A DNA stretch of 45,065 nt, from the NCBI GenBank assembly GCA_964396775.1, contig CAYNHD010000001.1:1-45065 (forward strand), given 5' to 3'. The notes under the pieces were generated by a model, which saw only the letters and a list, made by a program, of their open reading frames with translations, was not told the DNA's origin and made no database searches. The translations under genes and the position numbers were made by a program. Shown piece after piece: positions 44,851 to 45,065 of this stretch. Source of the DNA: an uncultured Thermoflexus sp. Lineage in GTDB: Bacteria > Chloroflexota > Anaerolineae > Aggregatilineales > Aggregatilineaceae. Within the stretch, counting starts at the first letter, position 1. Each line of letters starts with the position of its first letter.

Positions 44851-44974
44851 GTGATCAGTCGTTAGTGATCAGTTGTCAGTTGTCAGCCGTCAGTGATCAG
44901 TGGTCGGTTTTCAGTGATCGTTGTCCGCAGTCCGTTGTGGGCGGATGATCAGTTACCGACCGTCAGTGACCATC
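44851..44974 (+). repeat. Heptanucleotide tandem repeat array (consensus GTGATCA / GTNNTCA)
   Basis: Reading in 7-nt register from 44851: gtgatca gtcgtta gtgatca gttgtca gttgtca gccgtca gtgatca gtggtcg gttttca gtgatcg. The array then decays and partly resumes ('gatcagt taccgac cgtcagt'). It starts 5 nt after the aroK stop. Confidence 0.75.
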
Positions 44975-45065
44975 AGAGGCCGTTTGAAAAGGCCTGCAAC
45001 CCCACCCTAGATCCCTCCCCGCAGGCGGGGAGGGACTTCAAGAGCAGTTCTTTCTCCCTTCCCTC
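44975..45065 (+). repeat. Family A palindromic element, forward copy truncated by the window end
   Basis: 'agaggccgtttgaaaaggcctgcaaccccaccctagatccctccccgcaggcggggagggacttcaagagcagttctttctcccttccctc' matches the left ~90 bp of 18336-18480. Confidence 0.7.

Noticed and set aside
1-45065. Circular molecule closed through the terminal family A repeat copies
   Set aside because: The end (…ttctttctcccttccctc) and the start (tcgctcccctttccctgcttgcgg…) are from related but non-identical copies and do not overlap base for base. The gene content is ordinary chromosomal housekeeping.

Overview
This is a 45,065-bp, visibly GC-rich bacterial chromosomal window. I recognised no rRNA, tRNA, CRISPR array, transposase, integrase or phage genes. 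All functional calls come from motif recognition by eye; no database search was run.

I can support about 36 protein genes:
- glgC.
- A translationally coupled triplet of paralogous small two-TM proteins of unknown function.
- A LacI-headed sugar ABC operon that ends in a URO-D-like protein and a 760-aa FAD oxidoreductase.
- gltB-gltD.
- A FecB/BtuF-type ABC importer with a chimeric binding protein.
- An orphan CDP-alcohol-phosphatidyltransferase-like protein.
- A second LacI-headed ABC operon that ends in a secreted CBM9-GH8 glycanase.
- A divergent cluster: FmdE-like protein plus TDT/TehA-type anion channel on one strand, cyanase plus HPP membrane protein on the other. A PAS histidine kinase and NarL-type regulator follow it.
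- DeoR regulator plus class II aldolase.
- Two tandem paralogous secreted PPC-PPC-(Cys-bracketed Fn3-like)n proteins.
- GT4 glycosyltransferase, HAD hydrolase and shikimate kinase.

The intergenic DNA is unusually rich in structured repeats:
- A ~145-bp palindromic MITE/BIME-like element (four copies, including both window edges).
- A nested-hairpin repeat family.
- GTAGGGGC...GCCCCTAC palindromes.
- CTCTGCG-type repeats.
- A heptanucleotide tandem array.

Most long six-frame ORFs that lie antisense to, or out of frame with, the called genes are GC-driven artefacts.

The best candidates for undescribed biology are:
1. The non-canonical cyanase/HPP and FmdE/TDT anion cluster.
2. The tandem secreted PPC/Fn3-like paralogs.
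3. The triplicated coupled membrane-protein array.
4. The ABC permease carrying a triple-repeat extracytoplasmic insert.
5. gltBD bracketed by inverted composite repeats.
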